IMG/VR virus record: IMGVR_UViG_3300028886_000036
Coordinates: 160,001-224,000 of that record
DNA length: 64,000 nucleotides
Reading direction: 5' to 3' (one strand)
DNA from: a virus
Taxonomy: Duplodnaviria > Caudoviricetes
Positions 30,401 through 40,644 of the stretch are shown in pieces; position 1 is the first letter of the stretch, and each line of letters starts with the position of its first letter. Below the pieces are notes generated by a model. It made no database searches. It saw nothing but the letters and a program-made list of their open reading frames with translations, and was not told the origin of the DNA. A program made the translations under genes and the position numbers.

Positions 30401-30705
30401 TAGTTATCTAACTCACTTTCATTAATAATTTTTTTGTCGTATAGGCTAGCTACATAATATTCTACCTGACATCCTTTTGAGTTGCTTATATCATTTACAA
30501 ACACTATAATATCTGCATCGGCCATTAAGCTAATAGTAATACCAAGATACTTAATATCATTAGTATCATTACCACCGAGCATAACTGAATTAATGATAGT
30601 TGCATCAGGATATTTAGACTTAACTTTAGTAGTGACATTTTTTCTAGTAGCCATAATTTCTGCAGTTGACTTACCTGTAATGGGCTGACTAATAAATACT
30701 TTCAT
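30400..30705 (-). CDS. DUF4406 / nucleoside deoxyribosyltransferase-like protein
   Basis: VFISQPITG...ADIIVF...SKGCQVE pattern. Confidence 0.7.
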   Translation of the reverse strand: MKVFISQPITGKSTAEIMATRKNVTTKVKSKYPDATIINSVMLGGNDTNDIKYLGITISLMADADIIVFVNDISNSKGCQVEYYVASLYDKKIINESELDN

Positions 30706-30723
30706 TAGTATCAGATCCTTTCT

Positions 30724-31935
30724 TTAACCAAGATTCTCTAGATCAAGATCTCCATTGGAGCTGGTTCCAATATTATCAAGCTTGCTAAGCAAATCAAGTT
30801 CTTTATCAGAAAGATCTGATTCTTCTTTAGCAGATTTCTTAATCTGAAGATTTTTGTCCCAAGGATTGTTAGTCTGAATCTCTGCTCTTTTCTGAGCATA
30901 CAATTCTTCAAACTTCTGTCTAAAGGTTTCGTCAGTATCGTAAAGGTTCTTAATGTCTCTACGAGCAAACTTAAACTCTTTATAATTCTCTAGTGAGGTC
31001 TTAGAACCAGAAGTAAAACCTTTAGATTCTCTAATAAGATGTTCCTTGGTCCAAAAGTCTGAAAGTCCAGTAGCATAATCCAACACTACCTGAATAGGAA
31101 CTTTAGGAGCAAAGTTCTTGTTTTTAACAAACTTAATCTCAGTCTTAAATCCTCTAATACCCATCATATCATAATCAACATCTCCTCTATTTCTAGAGGT
31201 GCAAAGATTAAATGGGTAATACTGCATTACAGATCCACCAGTAGCTTTTTGGTCTGAGCCATAATTAAGTTCATTAGCTTGAGGAGCATATGGATTAGCA
31301 ACAATCTTAGATCTAAGTTGCTGAATAACTACCAATGTAACATTTGCTTCAGCAATAATCGGAATTAACTGATTCATAATAAAACCGAGTGTTCTAGAAT
31401 GCTCTCCCATTACTTTAGCCATTTCTTCAGCTTCAAGGCTCTTCTTGGTTGGAGTAACTGATTCAGAATCCCAAATTACAATATATGGAACATCGAGAAG
31501 CTTATTCTTAATCTTATAAGAAATAATACCCTTAATAATTGATGCAATATCTTCCATAGTGATAGTTTTAGAAATAAGTTTTGTACGCTTTGGATCGCAC
31601 CCAAGATCTACTAGTCTCTGCATATTAATAGCCTGTTCAACATCAATATAAATTCCTAGAGCTCTAGGATCATACTTTTGAAAACCAACTACATATTGAA
31701 CTGCGGCTGTAGATTTTCCACTACCAGCTCCACCAGTCATAGCTACAAGTTTACCAAGTGGAACTCCTCCACCCATAACAGTATCAAGAAGATCAATACC
31801 AGTAGGAATTACTTTAACATCGCTATCAGCATCTTGAATATTCAATCCCTTAATAGAATTGAGTTCATCATCAAGACCTGCAAGCAGATCATTAGCAACA
31901 CTTTCAACTATCTCATCATTCTTCTTACGAGCCAT
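30724..31935 (-). CDS. uvsX: RecA/UvsX-like recombinase
   Basis: IPTGIDLLDTVMGGG, Walker A GGAGSGKST, IWDS, TGG, VKNK. Confidence 0.9.
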   Translation of the reverse strand: MARKKNDEIVESVANDLLAGLDDELNSIKGLNIQDADSDVKVIPTGIDLLDTVMGGGVPLGKLVAMTGGAGSGKSTAAVQYVVGFQKYDPRALGIYIDVEQAINMQRLVDLGCDPKRTKLISKTITMEDIASIIKGIISYKIKNKLLDVPYIVIWDSESVTPTKKSLEAEEMAKVMGEHSRTLGFIMNQLIPIIAEANVTLVVIQQLRSKIVANPYAPQANELNYGSDQKATGGSVMQYYPFNLCTSRNRGDVDYDMMGIRGFKTEIKFVKNKNFAPKVPIQVVLDYATGLSDFWTKEHLIRESKGFTSGSKTSLENYKEFKFARRDIKNLYDTDETFRQKFEELYAQKRAEIQTNNPWDKNLQIKKSAKEESDLSDKELDLLSKLDNIGTSSNGDLDLENLG

Positions 31936-31962
31936 TTCAAACCAACCCTTTCTTTTATAATA

Positions 31963-32337
31963 TTAATCAGCAGCGGATTCTTTTGTTCTCTCCATAGCTT
32001 TAATCAACTTATCAACAGTGTCCGCAGTTATAGCATTTGGATCATCTGTGTCAATAGGATTCTCAAACTTATTAATTAAGTCATATCTTTTCTCTAAAGA
32101 TCTAGTAGAACTTTCTTCTGCATCTAATTTAGTTTTAAGTAATTGACTAAATGTCTGAGTAATAATACTTAAATCTGCTGTTCTAGGTAATGTATGAGAA
32201 CCTCTCAAAGCTGTCATAATCTTATCTTGAAGTTCCTCAATAACTACACTAGCTCTACTACTAATTTCATCATATTTACTTTTTCTTTCAGCTAACTCAC
32301 CTAATATCTTCTCAAGTTCTTCAGTTTTATTTACCAT
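31963..32337 (-). CDS. helical protein, possibly T4 gp16-like terminase small subunit
   Basis: 124-aa coiled coil; size and pattern resemble gp16, but support is weak. Confidence 0.3.
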   Translation of the reverse strand: MVNKTEELEKILGELAERKSKYDEISSRASVVIEELQDKIMTALRGSHTLPRTADLSIITQTFSQLLKTKLDAEESSTRSLEKRYDLINKFENPIDTDDPNAITADTVDKLIKAMERTKESAAD

Positions 32338-32827
32338 ACATAGGATCCTCCTCCATCTCTAATATAATCTTTAAAGCTTCATTCAATGGATAGATAATCA
32401 CTCTTTTACCATCAACATCTTCAGTAACAATTCTCGTTGTGTTGATCATATCATATTCAAAAAAATTTGTCAATACAATAGGATCAGCATATGGCTTAGA
32501 AAGTATAACTCCAGAAAATCTTGGATTTTCATGCATCTTGGATCTATACTTTTCTACTGCATCTTCATTTTGCTTTAAAAATTTACTAACTTGCTTATTC
32601 AATTTAGGAAACAAAGATTTGATATCCCAATCATATCCAAATTTACATTCTAATACATATGGATAACGTATAGGATCAGTAAAAAAAATATCTCCAAACT
32701 CAAATTCACCATTACCAGAGTTTGGAGATCTTGTACATTCATTCTCTCTTAAATTCAGGGTTGTTTTTATATGTTCAGCTATTCTATCTTCAAAATATTT
32801 TCCTTTAGTTTTATTCTTATTAGCCAT
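32327..32827 (-). CDS. Holliday junction resolvase (Hjc-like PD-(D/E)XK)
   Basis: KGKYFE...RSPNSG...GDI...LECK. Confidence 0.8.
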   Translation of the reverse strand: MANKNKTKGKYFEDRIAEHIKTTLNLRENECTRSPNSGNGEFEFGDIFFTDPIRYPYVLECKFGYDWDIKSLFPKLNKQVSKFLKQNEDAVEKYRSKMHENPRFSGVILSKPYADPIVLTNFFEYDMINTTRIVTEDVDGKRVIIYPLNEALKIILEMEEDPMYGK

Positions 32828-33534
32828 TAATCAACATAGATCAGAGCATTAGGAGGAAGCAGCTCTAACCTCTGAATTACCTTATCTTTAAGATCATTAC
32901 CTAACTGGGCTATATCTCCATTAACTGGTATTTCTCCGAATGGAGTAGTTAAGGTAGTGTACTTAACCCTGATATTTCCAATAATAGTCATTATATCAGC
33001 TAAACATAAATACAAAAACTCTGATTCATATTGATATGGAATATAGTATAAAGACTCTGGCTGTGCTCTATAATATTGTATCTTGAGCTTATCTGGTCTC
33101 ATCCCCATATTAATTCTTAATCTATTAGGGGGGAAGAATCTCCAGGACATTCCTGCTTTTGAAAAGTGTTCTATAGTTTTACTTCTATCAACTGCTTGAA
33201 CATCTGTAGGAAGTTGTTCATATCCAGTAATTGGTGCCTGATATGGCCATCCATTTATAAGCATATTAGTAAAGGGCATTGGTATATCTACAATATCCAT
33301 TATCTGAGCACCTTCCGGCTCGTGCAGTAAAAACATATTTTCATCAGCAGTTTTATTTTCTTCATCCTGACAATCTAAAACCATCTCTTGATAGTCAGGC
33401 ACATACTTACTAAATTCCATTATAGAGAAGTTACGTATATACTCCCACATGTCATCATCTGTCTTTTCAATAGTAACATTTGGATAACCTAATCTTTGTT
33501 TAATAAAGAATATTACTTTTTGTTTAGATAACAC
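32827..33534 (-). CDS. neck/head-completion protein (T4 gp13-like)
   Basis: IKQRLGYPNVTIE at the N-terminus; GNIRVKY...PFGEIPVNG at the C-terminus. Confidence 0.65.
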   Translation of the reverse strand: MLSKQKVIFFIKQRLGYPNVTIEKTDDDMWEYIRNFSIMEFSKYVPDYQEMVLDCQDEENKTADENMFLLHEPEGAQIMDIVDIPMPFTNMLINGWPYQAPITGYEQLPTDVQAVDRSKTIEHFSKAGMSWRFFPPNRLRINMGMRPDKLKIQYYRAQPESLYYIPYQYESEFLYLCLADIMTIIGNIRVKYTTLTTPFGEIPVNGDIAQLGNDLKDKVIQRLELLPPNALIYVD

Positions 33535-33546
33535 TTATAATATCAC

Positions 33547-34623
33547 CTACCAAGGACTTACTTTTTCTTGAACAACTTTTATAGTGTCAACAGTCTGTTC
33601 AAAAGTAAGTTTGTTAGAATCAACTCTTTCTAGTTCTTTAAGAGTTGGTATAGATAAATTATTCATTAGCTCCTCAAAAGACATTAGTCTATAATTCCTA
33701 TAAAGTATATCTTTTTTAGCATCAATAGTTTTAGCCCAAGATCCTGTAGTAGCTGGATCATCTTTATGCTTATTAGCAAATTCAATAACATGTTCTATTG
33801 ATTTAATTGGTTCCTTCTTTTGCATGCTATCTACAAAAGCAGCTGCTTTAATAGGGCCCAATCCACCTACTCCAGAAATATCATCACCAATATCTCCCAT
33901 TATAGATTTCATATAGATATAGTCCTCTACTGGAAGATCTTTAAAATTATCTAAATACTTCTGTTCATCAAAAATCCCTTTTAGCCAAGTCTTATAATTA
34001 AGATATTGTTTAGTACCATTAGACTTTCTCATGAACAATACAGTATTATGATATTTTAAAGTCTGGATCATATCCCTATCCGAACTATAGATAATGTTTA
34101 AATTAGATTCGTCCTGATATCTATTCTTAATAAAGTACTCTGGTACAAAGTCGGATTCACAGAATGAAAGATATGATCCATAGGTATGGTAAAACTTTCT
34201 AGATGCTTTCATTATAGTTTCAATATTTTTAAGGACTACTTTGTGAAGGTCATCATTATCACAAATATCACTAGTAGTCCTTTTCTTGGTAATAGATCTT
34301 TTAGATTTATACTCTTTATAAATACTTTTATGATATTGATATTCTCCAACATCAGCGAAGGTATAAATATTGAAATCTATACCTCTATACATAGCATATC
34401 TATAATGATAACTAATCCAATCTAGCCAAGATATAAAAACCATACTATTTGGTTTATCAGTATGCTCTGTAACACCCATCATATTTTCAGCGAAGTTCTT
34501 TACATAGAGTAACCCAAGGCTATTCTTTAAATCCAAAAATATATTAAGAGTTTTAGCCTTACCATAATTATTAAGTAAAGTATCTAACTCATTATATTTG
34601 GGGTAACAACTTATGATAGGCAT
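33547..34623 (-). CDS. 5'-3' exonuclease / RNase H (flap endonuclease family)
   Basis: YKSKR, ESD, SSDRDMIQ, MGDIGDDISGVGGLGPIKA (helix-hairpin-helix). Confidence 0.88.
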   Translation of the reverse strand: MPIISCYPKYNELDTLLNNYGKAKTLNIFLDLKNSLGLLYVKNFAENMMGVTEHTDKPNSMVFISWLDWISYHYRYAMYRGIDFNIYTFADVGEYQYHKSIYKEYKSKRSITKKRTTSDICDNDDLHKVVLKNIETIMKASRKFYHTYGSYLSFCESDFVPEYFIKNRYQDESNLNIIYSSDRDMIQTLKYHNTVLFMRKSNGTKQYLNYKTWLKGIFDEQKYLDNFKDLPVEDYIYMKSIMGDIGDDISGVGGLGPIKAAAFVDSMQKKEPIKSIEHVIEFANKHKDDPATTGSWAKTIDAKKDILYRNYRLMSFEELMNNLSIPTLKELERVDSNKLTFEQTVDTIKVVQEKVSPW

Positions 34624-35380
34624 CGGCGGAATCCTCCAGTTTTATTATGCTTTGATATAAACACACATACTTTGGATAATCTTTAAACGTAATATTATGA
34701 TGCATATGCCCAAAAAACCAAACCTTAAAATCTAATTTTTCAGATACAATATCTAGAGTCCTAGCAGTAGGACAATCTACACACCTAACTGTACCATCAT
34801 CTATCTTCCATTCTGGAATCTTATAGTTACAAGACATTTCCCATTTAAGTATTGGCTTAATAAGCTTATTAGGCGGAGTATGTGTAAGCACATAATCAAC
34901 TTTGTTATTAACTCTTTCTAATTCAAGCATTAATTTAAACCATTCTCTATTATTAGGATTCTCATCTGACCACCAATTAACTCCCTCAGTCCGGTTACCT
35001 CTGTCAATTGATGTAGCTCCACCCATACACATAAATGTTTTATTCTCTATTGTATAAACGTTTCCACGCTTCAGATAAAATACATTATGTGTAATTTCGC
35101 CTACTTTGTTACCATACCTGTATATTTCAGGCAAGTCTTTAAGTCTATCAATATTATCATGATTACCATCAATAAACAATACTTCACAAGGAAGATCTGA
35201 TAGATAATTTAAAATTGGTTTCTCTATATTATCTATAAGCTCTTTCATAGCTGGAGTGTTATTAAAGAACACAGCCCCAAAATCGCCAAGCACAATTATC
35301 TTATCCTGGCTAGTTAGATTAAATCTTATTGACTCAAATTTATCCATACTACCATGGCAATCACCAGTTATATAAATCAC
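34592..35380 (-). CDS. calcineurin-like metallophosphoesterase
   Basis: GDCHG, LGDFG, DGNHD, THTPP, FGHMH. Confidence 0.9.
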   Translation of the reverse strand: MIYITGDCHGSMDKFESIRFNLTSQDKIIVLGDFGAVFFNNTPAMKELIDNIEKPILNYLSDLPCEVLFIDGNHDNIDRLKDLPEIYRYGNKVGEITHNVFYLKRGNVYTIENKTFMCMGGATSIDRGNRTEGVNWWSDENPNNREWFKLMLELERVNNKVDYVLTHTPPNKLIKPILKWEMSCNYKIPEWKIDDGTVRCVDCPTARTLDIVSEKLDFKVWFFGHMHHNITFKDYPKYVCLYQSIIKLEDSADAYHKLLPQI

Positions 35381-36093
35381 ATTTTTGCACCTCTCATTTG
35401 CCTGTAATTAACATAGCAACCTTCTAGATTTGTCTCTATTGAAATGATAGATACAATACTAGATTTTTTATAAATATCAATATGCACTTCATCACCAATA
35501 GCATTTTTAAAACATTCATCATTAATAGTAGTTTCAAAGCTTGAAATACTACAATCAATCCCAGATAAAAGATTCATAGTAGAAGTTTTTGCCTTACTAA
35601 CAATAACAAATTTAGCCTTATTTTCATCGGCTTTAACTCCAACATTATCAGCACCGAGTATCCTAACAGATTCATTTAGCTTTTTTATAATCATTTTATC
35701 AAAATCAACAGTGATCAATTTAGGATACTTATCAATGTCTTGCCTTAATGAATTATTATACTTGGTAGTCAGTGCACTGAAATCTGGGATTACCATTTCA
35801 ATGTCACTAATTCCATCAGTAATAACATACTTTTTATTATCTTCAATAATATCAACATAATCAGATGTTGTATTTTTCATCATCTTAAGTATTGGGAACT
35901 TCGAATCAAGATTAGTAATTCCAAAGTTAATTGGTTCTTTAATAAGATTGCTCATATCAACATAGATGTTATAAGATGTATCAGCACCTATTTGACTAAT
36001 TTTAGAATTAACTATTTGTAAATCAGGAGTAATACTACTAAGCTTACTAAGCACATTACAAAACTTATCAAAACTATCTTTATTGAATCTCAC
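35377..36093 (-). CDS. DNA sliding clamp (T4 gp45-like)
   Basis: 238-aa alpha/beta protein clustered with primase and clamp loader; call rests on size and synteny. Confidence 0.55.
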   Translation of the reverse strand: MRFNKDSFDKFCNVLSKLSSITPDLQIVNSKISQIGADTSYNIYVDMSNLIKEPINFGITNLDSKFPILKMMKNTTSDYVDIIEDNKKYVITDGISDIEMVIPDFSALTTKYNNSLRQDIDKYPKLITVDFDKMIIKKLNESVRILGADNVGVKADENKAKFVIVSKAKTSTMNLLSGIDCSISSFETTINDECFKNAIGDEVHIDIYKKSSIVSIISIETNLEGCYVNYRQMRGAKM

Positions 36094-37019
36094 ACTGATA
36101 CACTCCTTCCATATGTTACCTCAGGTTCAACCTTATTTTCACCAAAATCTTTACCAAGTTTGTTTCTATAAATACTAACACTGTTCCATAACTTTCTACT
36201 AATACACTTTAAGTAATCCATATCTTTTTTATCGTTATCTGCAAGTATAACAATCCTTGGATTAAAAGCTAATGCAACAGAAGAGCCAATCTCAAAAGCT
36301 TTACCAATATGTGCATTAAGTGCAGCTACATATACAGAATCTTTTGGAAAGATATCAAGATTATAATAGGTATTCAACACATCAAAAATACCTTCACCAA
36401 TTACAATAGTTTTATGCTTGATGTATTCTGAATAAGATCTTTTGTTATTAATTACATACACATCAGAGCCTTCTGACAATTGAATTGTATCATACCTACC
36501 AAAATAATCAAGGTCATCTTCTCCATAGATTCTACACACAATCTTCTTTTTGTTATAGGTTAAAAAGTTAACAGAATCTTTTGGCAATCTTCTTGTCGGC
36601 TTGTACTTATCAGATCCAGAATAAATGTTTTTCATTTCAATACTGGATATAATATTAATCTCATCTGGGTCAATGTTAATATTACCGAGTCTATGGTTTA
36701 AATATGCTTCTGCAGCATCTGTGATAGTGTATTGTACAAAACTTGAATAACCACCACTAATTGAAGTTGAAGATCCCTTATAACTAGATTTAGGTAAAAT
36801 TACATTATCAATATGAAACAGATTAAGTAACTTACTATAATGCCCATATTCACCACATCTAGCACACCTATAAACCGGCTTATCTTTGGATACATAAAGA
36901 TGCCCTTTAGTTTTATTATCTGAGTCTCCACAAAATGGGCATCTAAACAGATAATGAGAACTATTTTGAGTAATATAAACTAGATGCTTTCTAATCTCAT
37001 TAAAGAAATCTTCGAACAT
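36090..37019 (-). CDS. DNA primase (T4 gp61-like)
   Basis: Zn finger CPFCGDS...CARC; TOPRIM EGIFD, DND, KDFGE. Confidence 0.88.
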   Translation of the reverse strand: MFEDFFNEIRKHLVYITQNSSHYLFRCPFCGDSDNKTKGHLYVSKDKPVYRCARCGEYGHYSKLLNLFHIDNVILPKSSYKGSSTSISGGYSSFVQYTITDAAEAYLNHRLGNINIDPDEINIISSIEMKNIYSGSDKYKPTRRLPKDSVNFLTYNKKKIVCRIYGEDDLDYFGRYDTIQLSEGSDVYVINNKRSYSEYIKHKTIVIGEGIFDVLNTYYNLDIFPKDSVYVAALNAHIGKAFEIGSSVALAFNPRIVILADNDKKDMDYLKCISRKLWNSVSIYRNKLGKDFGENKVEPEVTYGRSVSV

Positions 37020-37021
37020 AA

Positions 37022-37972
37022 TTATCCCTCAATTCTTCTATAAACTACCATCATATCTCCTAGCATAGAAATAAAATGCAACCTCTTGTCAATAGCATTA
37101 TTGAATCCATTAACATAATGATTCATAATTGGAAGCATTACAATAGGAATATTCCTTTCAGTATAAATCTTTTTTACTAGTTCACCGTAGTTGACACTGT
37201 TATTACCAAGACTGTTTCTAATTTGGAATATAATCTTTGACGCATTACCAAAATCCATATTAATTACAAAATCAAGATATCTATCAAATAGATCAATGAC
37301 AATCTTATTAAGATCTGTTGAAACAGAATAAACCAACTCATTATTATCATTAACACTGTTTTGAATAGTATTAATAATAGATCTCATATCAGGATAGCAA
37401 TCATTAACAATGTTAAACACATCACTATCTACATATGATACTCTTTCCATATCAAGAACATACTTAGCTCTATCAATAAGTTTCTCTTTAGGCAAATCAG
37501 TAAATTTATACAAATCGCATCTACTTTTAATAAAGTCTGGAATGCCATTTTCAAAATTTGCTGTAAAGATAAATCTAGAGCTTAAGTTAACATTTATCTC
37601 TGGATTCTCAATAGGGTTTCTCAAAGTCTTCCAAGCATCTGGAGTTAGATTATCTGCCTCATCCATTATTACCAATTTAATGGGACTATCAATAGGAGGA
37701 TTCTTAATAAACTCTAATACCACGTCCCTGATAGTATCAATGCCTCTATCACCAGAAGCATTCATAAATAAAACATCTGCATCATTCTTAATAAGCATAT
37801 TCTTAATAACTAGTGCTGTTGAAGTTTTGCCTGTGCCAGGATTTCCAACAAATATACTATGATTAATGTTTTTATCAGATACTTGCTTCTTAATCTTATT
37901 AACAATGCTATCTTCTACCATTACATCCGTAAGTCTACTAGGTCTATATTTTTCTACCCACAATTCACTCAT
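37022..37972 (-). CDS. clamp loader AAA+ subunit (gp44/RFC-like)
   Basis: LWVEKYRP, GNPGTGKT, NASGDRGID, DEAD, SRC. Confidence 0.92.
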   Translation of the reverse strand: MSELWVEKYRPSRLTDVMVEDSIVNKIKKQVSDKNINHSIFVGNPGTGKTSTALVIKNMLIKNDADVLFMNASGDRGIDTIRDVVLEFIKNPPIDSPIKLVIMDEADNLTPDAWKTLRNPIENPEINVNLSSRFIFTANFENGIPDFIKSRCDLYKFTDLPKEKLIDRAKYVLDMERVSYVDSDVFNIVNDCYPDMRSIINTIQNSVNDNNELVYSVSTDLNKIVIDLFDRYLDFVINMDFGNASKIIFQIRNSLGNNSVNYGELVKKIYTERNIPIVMLPIMNHYVNGFNNAIDKRLHFISMLGDMMVVYRRIEG

Positions 37973-38073
37973 ACAACAAAACTCCCTTCTATATAATTAG
38001 AAATATGGAACACTTATAGAATATACTTATATTTATCGAGATAAAAACCTCCCTGTTACGGGAGGTTATTTTA

Positions 38074-39105
38074 TCATAAACTAGATAATTTGTCTATTGA
38101 TTGCTGTAAAAAGCTATCGTCAGTTATTGTCCAATCATACACACCTATATCATCATTATAAGACTTCTGTCCAAGGAAATCGTCAGTAGTATCGCACATA
38201 AGTTCATACATATTATCAGTATCTATAATAGCTTTCATTTGATCATATTTTTGTTTAAGATACTCATCAAGCTTATCTAACACTTCATCATAAAATGTTA
38301 TTGGATGCGATGCTTTAAATCTACTAAAGTCATTTCTTCTAATATCTATTCCGTGTAAGAAGCATACAAATCTAACTGCTTGAAACAATCTTTCTTGAGC
38401 TAAATATATTGGGTAATCATTCTTTACTTTGATATGAAACCCAATTCCATATGGACTATTATATAAATGCATCAAATTAAACCTGTTAGGATAATAGGTC
38501 TTAACTGGATCTGTGAGATGATAATAACAAACACAATCTGAATCCATATATCTTTCCCACATTTGATCAGGTTGAGTTGTCCTATTTATAAGATCTCTAA
38601 CTTCATTAGTTAACCCAGCATAATCATAACCATATTCATATGCAGATAATATCCATTCACCTAAGAAGTAATTATATGCGCCACTAAATGTATCCCCAGC
38701 TTTAAATCTCTTTCTAAACTCAACACTAAAATTTGGAACATACCTATCATCGTAGAATGTAGCGACAGGTTCTTCATCAAACTTATAAATACCATCTGCA
38801 CCAATAATTTGACCAAATACTTCAATAGATTCTGTAACTATTTCTCCACATGACCTATCAGTAACAGTTAATGTAACCTTAAGAACACCCACTGTAAAAA
38901 ATGCTATAGCTAATATATTTTTTCTAGCATAGGCAGTATATTCTATCGGCTCAGATAATAGATTGTTATCTATTTCCCAAGTATACTCAATATCATTCTC
39001 ATCTATTTCTCTATCAGGATCTGTTATAGTGGCTTTTACCGGTACATAAAATGGTACCTCTTTAGCCATTATAACATCCGTAGGATACCATAAATCTACT
39101 TGCAT
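38074..39105 (-). CDS. putative virion/cell-wall protein: Ig/PKD-like N-terminus, possible amidase-like C-terminus
   Basis: IEYTWEID...LKVTLTVTD Ig-like pattern; the C-terminal half weakly resembles an amidase_2 fold. Confidence 0.4.
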   Translation of the reverse strand: MQVDLWYPTDVIMAKEVPFYVPVKATITDPDREIDENDIEYTWEIDNNLLSEPIEYTAYARKNILAIAFFTVGVLKVTLTVTDRSCGEIVTESIEVFGQIIGADGIYKFDEEPVATFYDDRYVPNFSVEFRKRFKAGDTFSGAYNYFLGEWILSAYEYGYDYAGLTNEVRDLINRTTQPDQMWERYMDSDCVCYYHLTDPVKTYYPNRFNLMHLYNSPYGIGFHIKVKNDYPIYLAQERLFQAVRFVCFLHGIDIRRNDFSRFKASHPITFYDEVLDKLDEYLKQKYDQMKAIIDTDNMYELMCDTTDDFLGQKSYNDDIGVYDWTITDDSFLQQSIDKLSSL

Positions 39106-39572
39106 GAGTGAATTATCCCAGCTAAAGCTAAACCTCCGGCAAGTATTTTGTAGGTAGTTCCATTTCTTTTAAGTCTAGTGTTCTCTTTCTTATAGAAATT
39201 AATCTGATCCTCATAATTCTTTATAAGGTTAGTTGTTTCAAGTTTATAACTTTCATGTAATTCAAATAAATCTGTATAACTTTTCTTTAAAGCATCATGC
39301 TCAACACTTAATTTATCATATGCATCTCTATACGCATCTCTTTCAATAGTTAACTGCTTAACCTGTGCTTTAAGTTTATTAGCACCATTAGCAATAGCGG
39401 TCATTTTCTTTTCAGTAACATACCACCCACTATCAAAGTTATACGACTTATTCTGTGAAATAACTTGAGCACTAGTTACTTGTAAAACTTCAATACCTGC
39501 ATTACTTGCCTGTGGAGATGTCAGACAAATCATCAAGCACACTAACGATGTCACTAGATGTTTTAACTTCAT
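39096..39572 (-). CDS. secreted coiled-coil protein with C-terminal hydrophobic helix (spanin-like)
   Basis: Signal peptide, long heptad region, ILAGGLALAGII tail; overlaps the upstream TM gene by 71 nt. Confidence 0.45.
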   Translation of the reverse strand: MKLKHLVTSLVCLMICLTSPQASNAGIEVLQVTSAQVISQNKSYNFDSGWYVTEKKMTAIANGANKLKAQVKQLTIERDAYRDAYDKLSVEHDALKKSYTDLFELHESYKLETTNLIKNYEDQINFYKKENTRLKRNGTTYKILAGGLALAGIIHSCK

Positions 39573-39936
39573 GAACTACAACCTCCTTTGCTTTAGCTAA
39601 TTCTTTCTCTAAATTAGTTTTAATACCATCAACTCTACTGAGTATATCTAAATATTCAAAATGATTATTAATGACCTTTTCTTCAATCTCAGACATTTTA
39701 GTTTTTATCTGAAGATTCTCTGTTTTTAATACTTCAAGTTCAACTGTTCTAGCATTTAAATTGTAACACATATATCCTAACCCAATAATAGCAGCTATAC
39801 AAACAGCTAAAAGTATCTTAACAGTTTTACTACTAGTCTTTACTTCTGTAATAGTATGTGTAGCAACTTCTTTTCCTTTTTCTGTTAAGGATGATAACAA
39901 AGTATTATCTTTTAAGCTCATTTTAATCAGCTCCAA
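39502..39936 (-). CDS. membrane-anchored coiled-coil protein (i-spanin-like)
   Basis: TM ILLAVCIAAIIGLGYMCY followed by a coiled coil. Confidence 0.45.
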   Translation of the reverse strand: MELIKMSLKDNTLLSSLTEKGKEVATHTITEVKTSSKTVKILLAVCIAAIIGLGYMCYNLNARTVELEVLKTENLQIKTKMSEIEEKVINNHFEYLDILSRVDGIKTNLEKELAKAKEVVVHEVKTSSDIVSVLDDLSDISTGK

Positions 39937-40583
39937 TCTGAAGTATCTACTTGTTTAATATCTAAACTAACATTCTTATTTAATTGAAATTGATTACCTC
40001 TCACTTTCCATTCATCTTTAGATCTAGCAGTACTAAATGTAATACCAGCTTTTCGCTTAATATCATCACTGATGTGCTCTGGTATATAAAAGTAATGATC
40101 TAAATCCTTCCAATCTCCTTCACATACTTCAATAGGTATATCAAGTATTTGGCTATGATAGTTTTCATGAGAAGATATGCACAACGGAACAAAGCCAACT
40201 AAATTCATAAAATGCAATTTCATTACGTTTTTAGATAGGTCAAAAACGGTATATACTTCATCTCTCATATTGTACATAGCTATTTCAACTAAATTATAAA
40301 GAGTATATGGATGATGATGAATCTCTAAAGAACACATAGTTGGAAGATTTCCAGTATGATAACACATTAAATCAGATCCCAAAGTACCTTTAACAAAGGT
40401 TAACCATCTCTTATACTCATTAGAAGATCTGACATATTTTTCTACATTTCTAATAAATTTAGTTAGACTTCTTTCATCTTCCTCTATTTCATCAAGATCC
40501 ATCAAACAAAAATACTCTGTGCCATAAGTTGCGCTTTCTAATTTGACATCTCTGTCTTCTTTATTTCCAAATGTAGTAGTCAT
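39927..40583 (-). CDS. HNH-like fold protein
   Basis: C...LEIHHHP...VPLCISSHENYH. Confidence 0.55.
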   Translation of the reverse strand: MTTTFGNKEDRDVKLESATYGTEYFCLMDLDEIEEDERSLTKFIRNVEKYVRSSNEYKRWLTFVKGTLGSDLMCYHTGNLPTMCSLEIHHHPYTLYNLVEIAMYNMRDEVYTVFDLSKNVMKLHFMNLVGFVPLCISSHENYHSQILDIPIEVCEGDWKDLDHYFYIPEHISDDIKRKAGITFSTARSKDEWKVRGNQFQLNKNVSLDIKQVDTSDWS

Positions 40584-40644
40584 AATAAGTTAGTATTATG
40601 AGAGGATAGCTTTAATATCTACCCTCTCATTTATATCTATTTAA

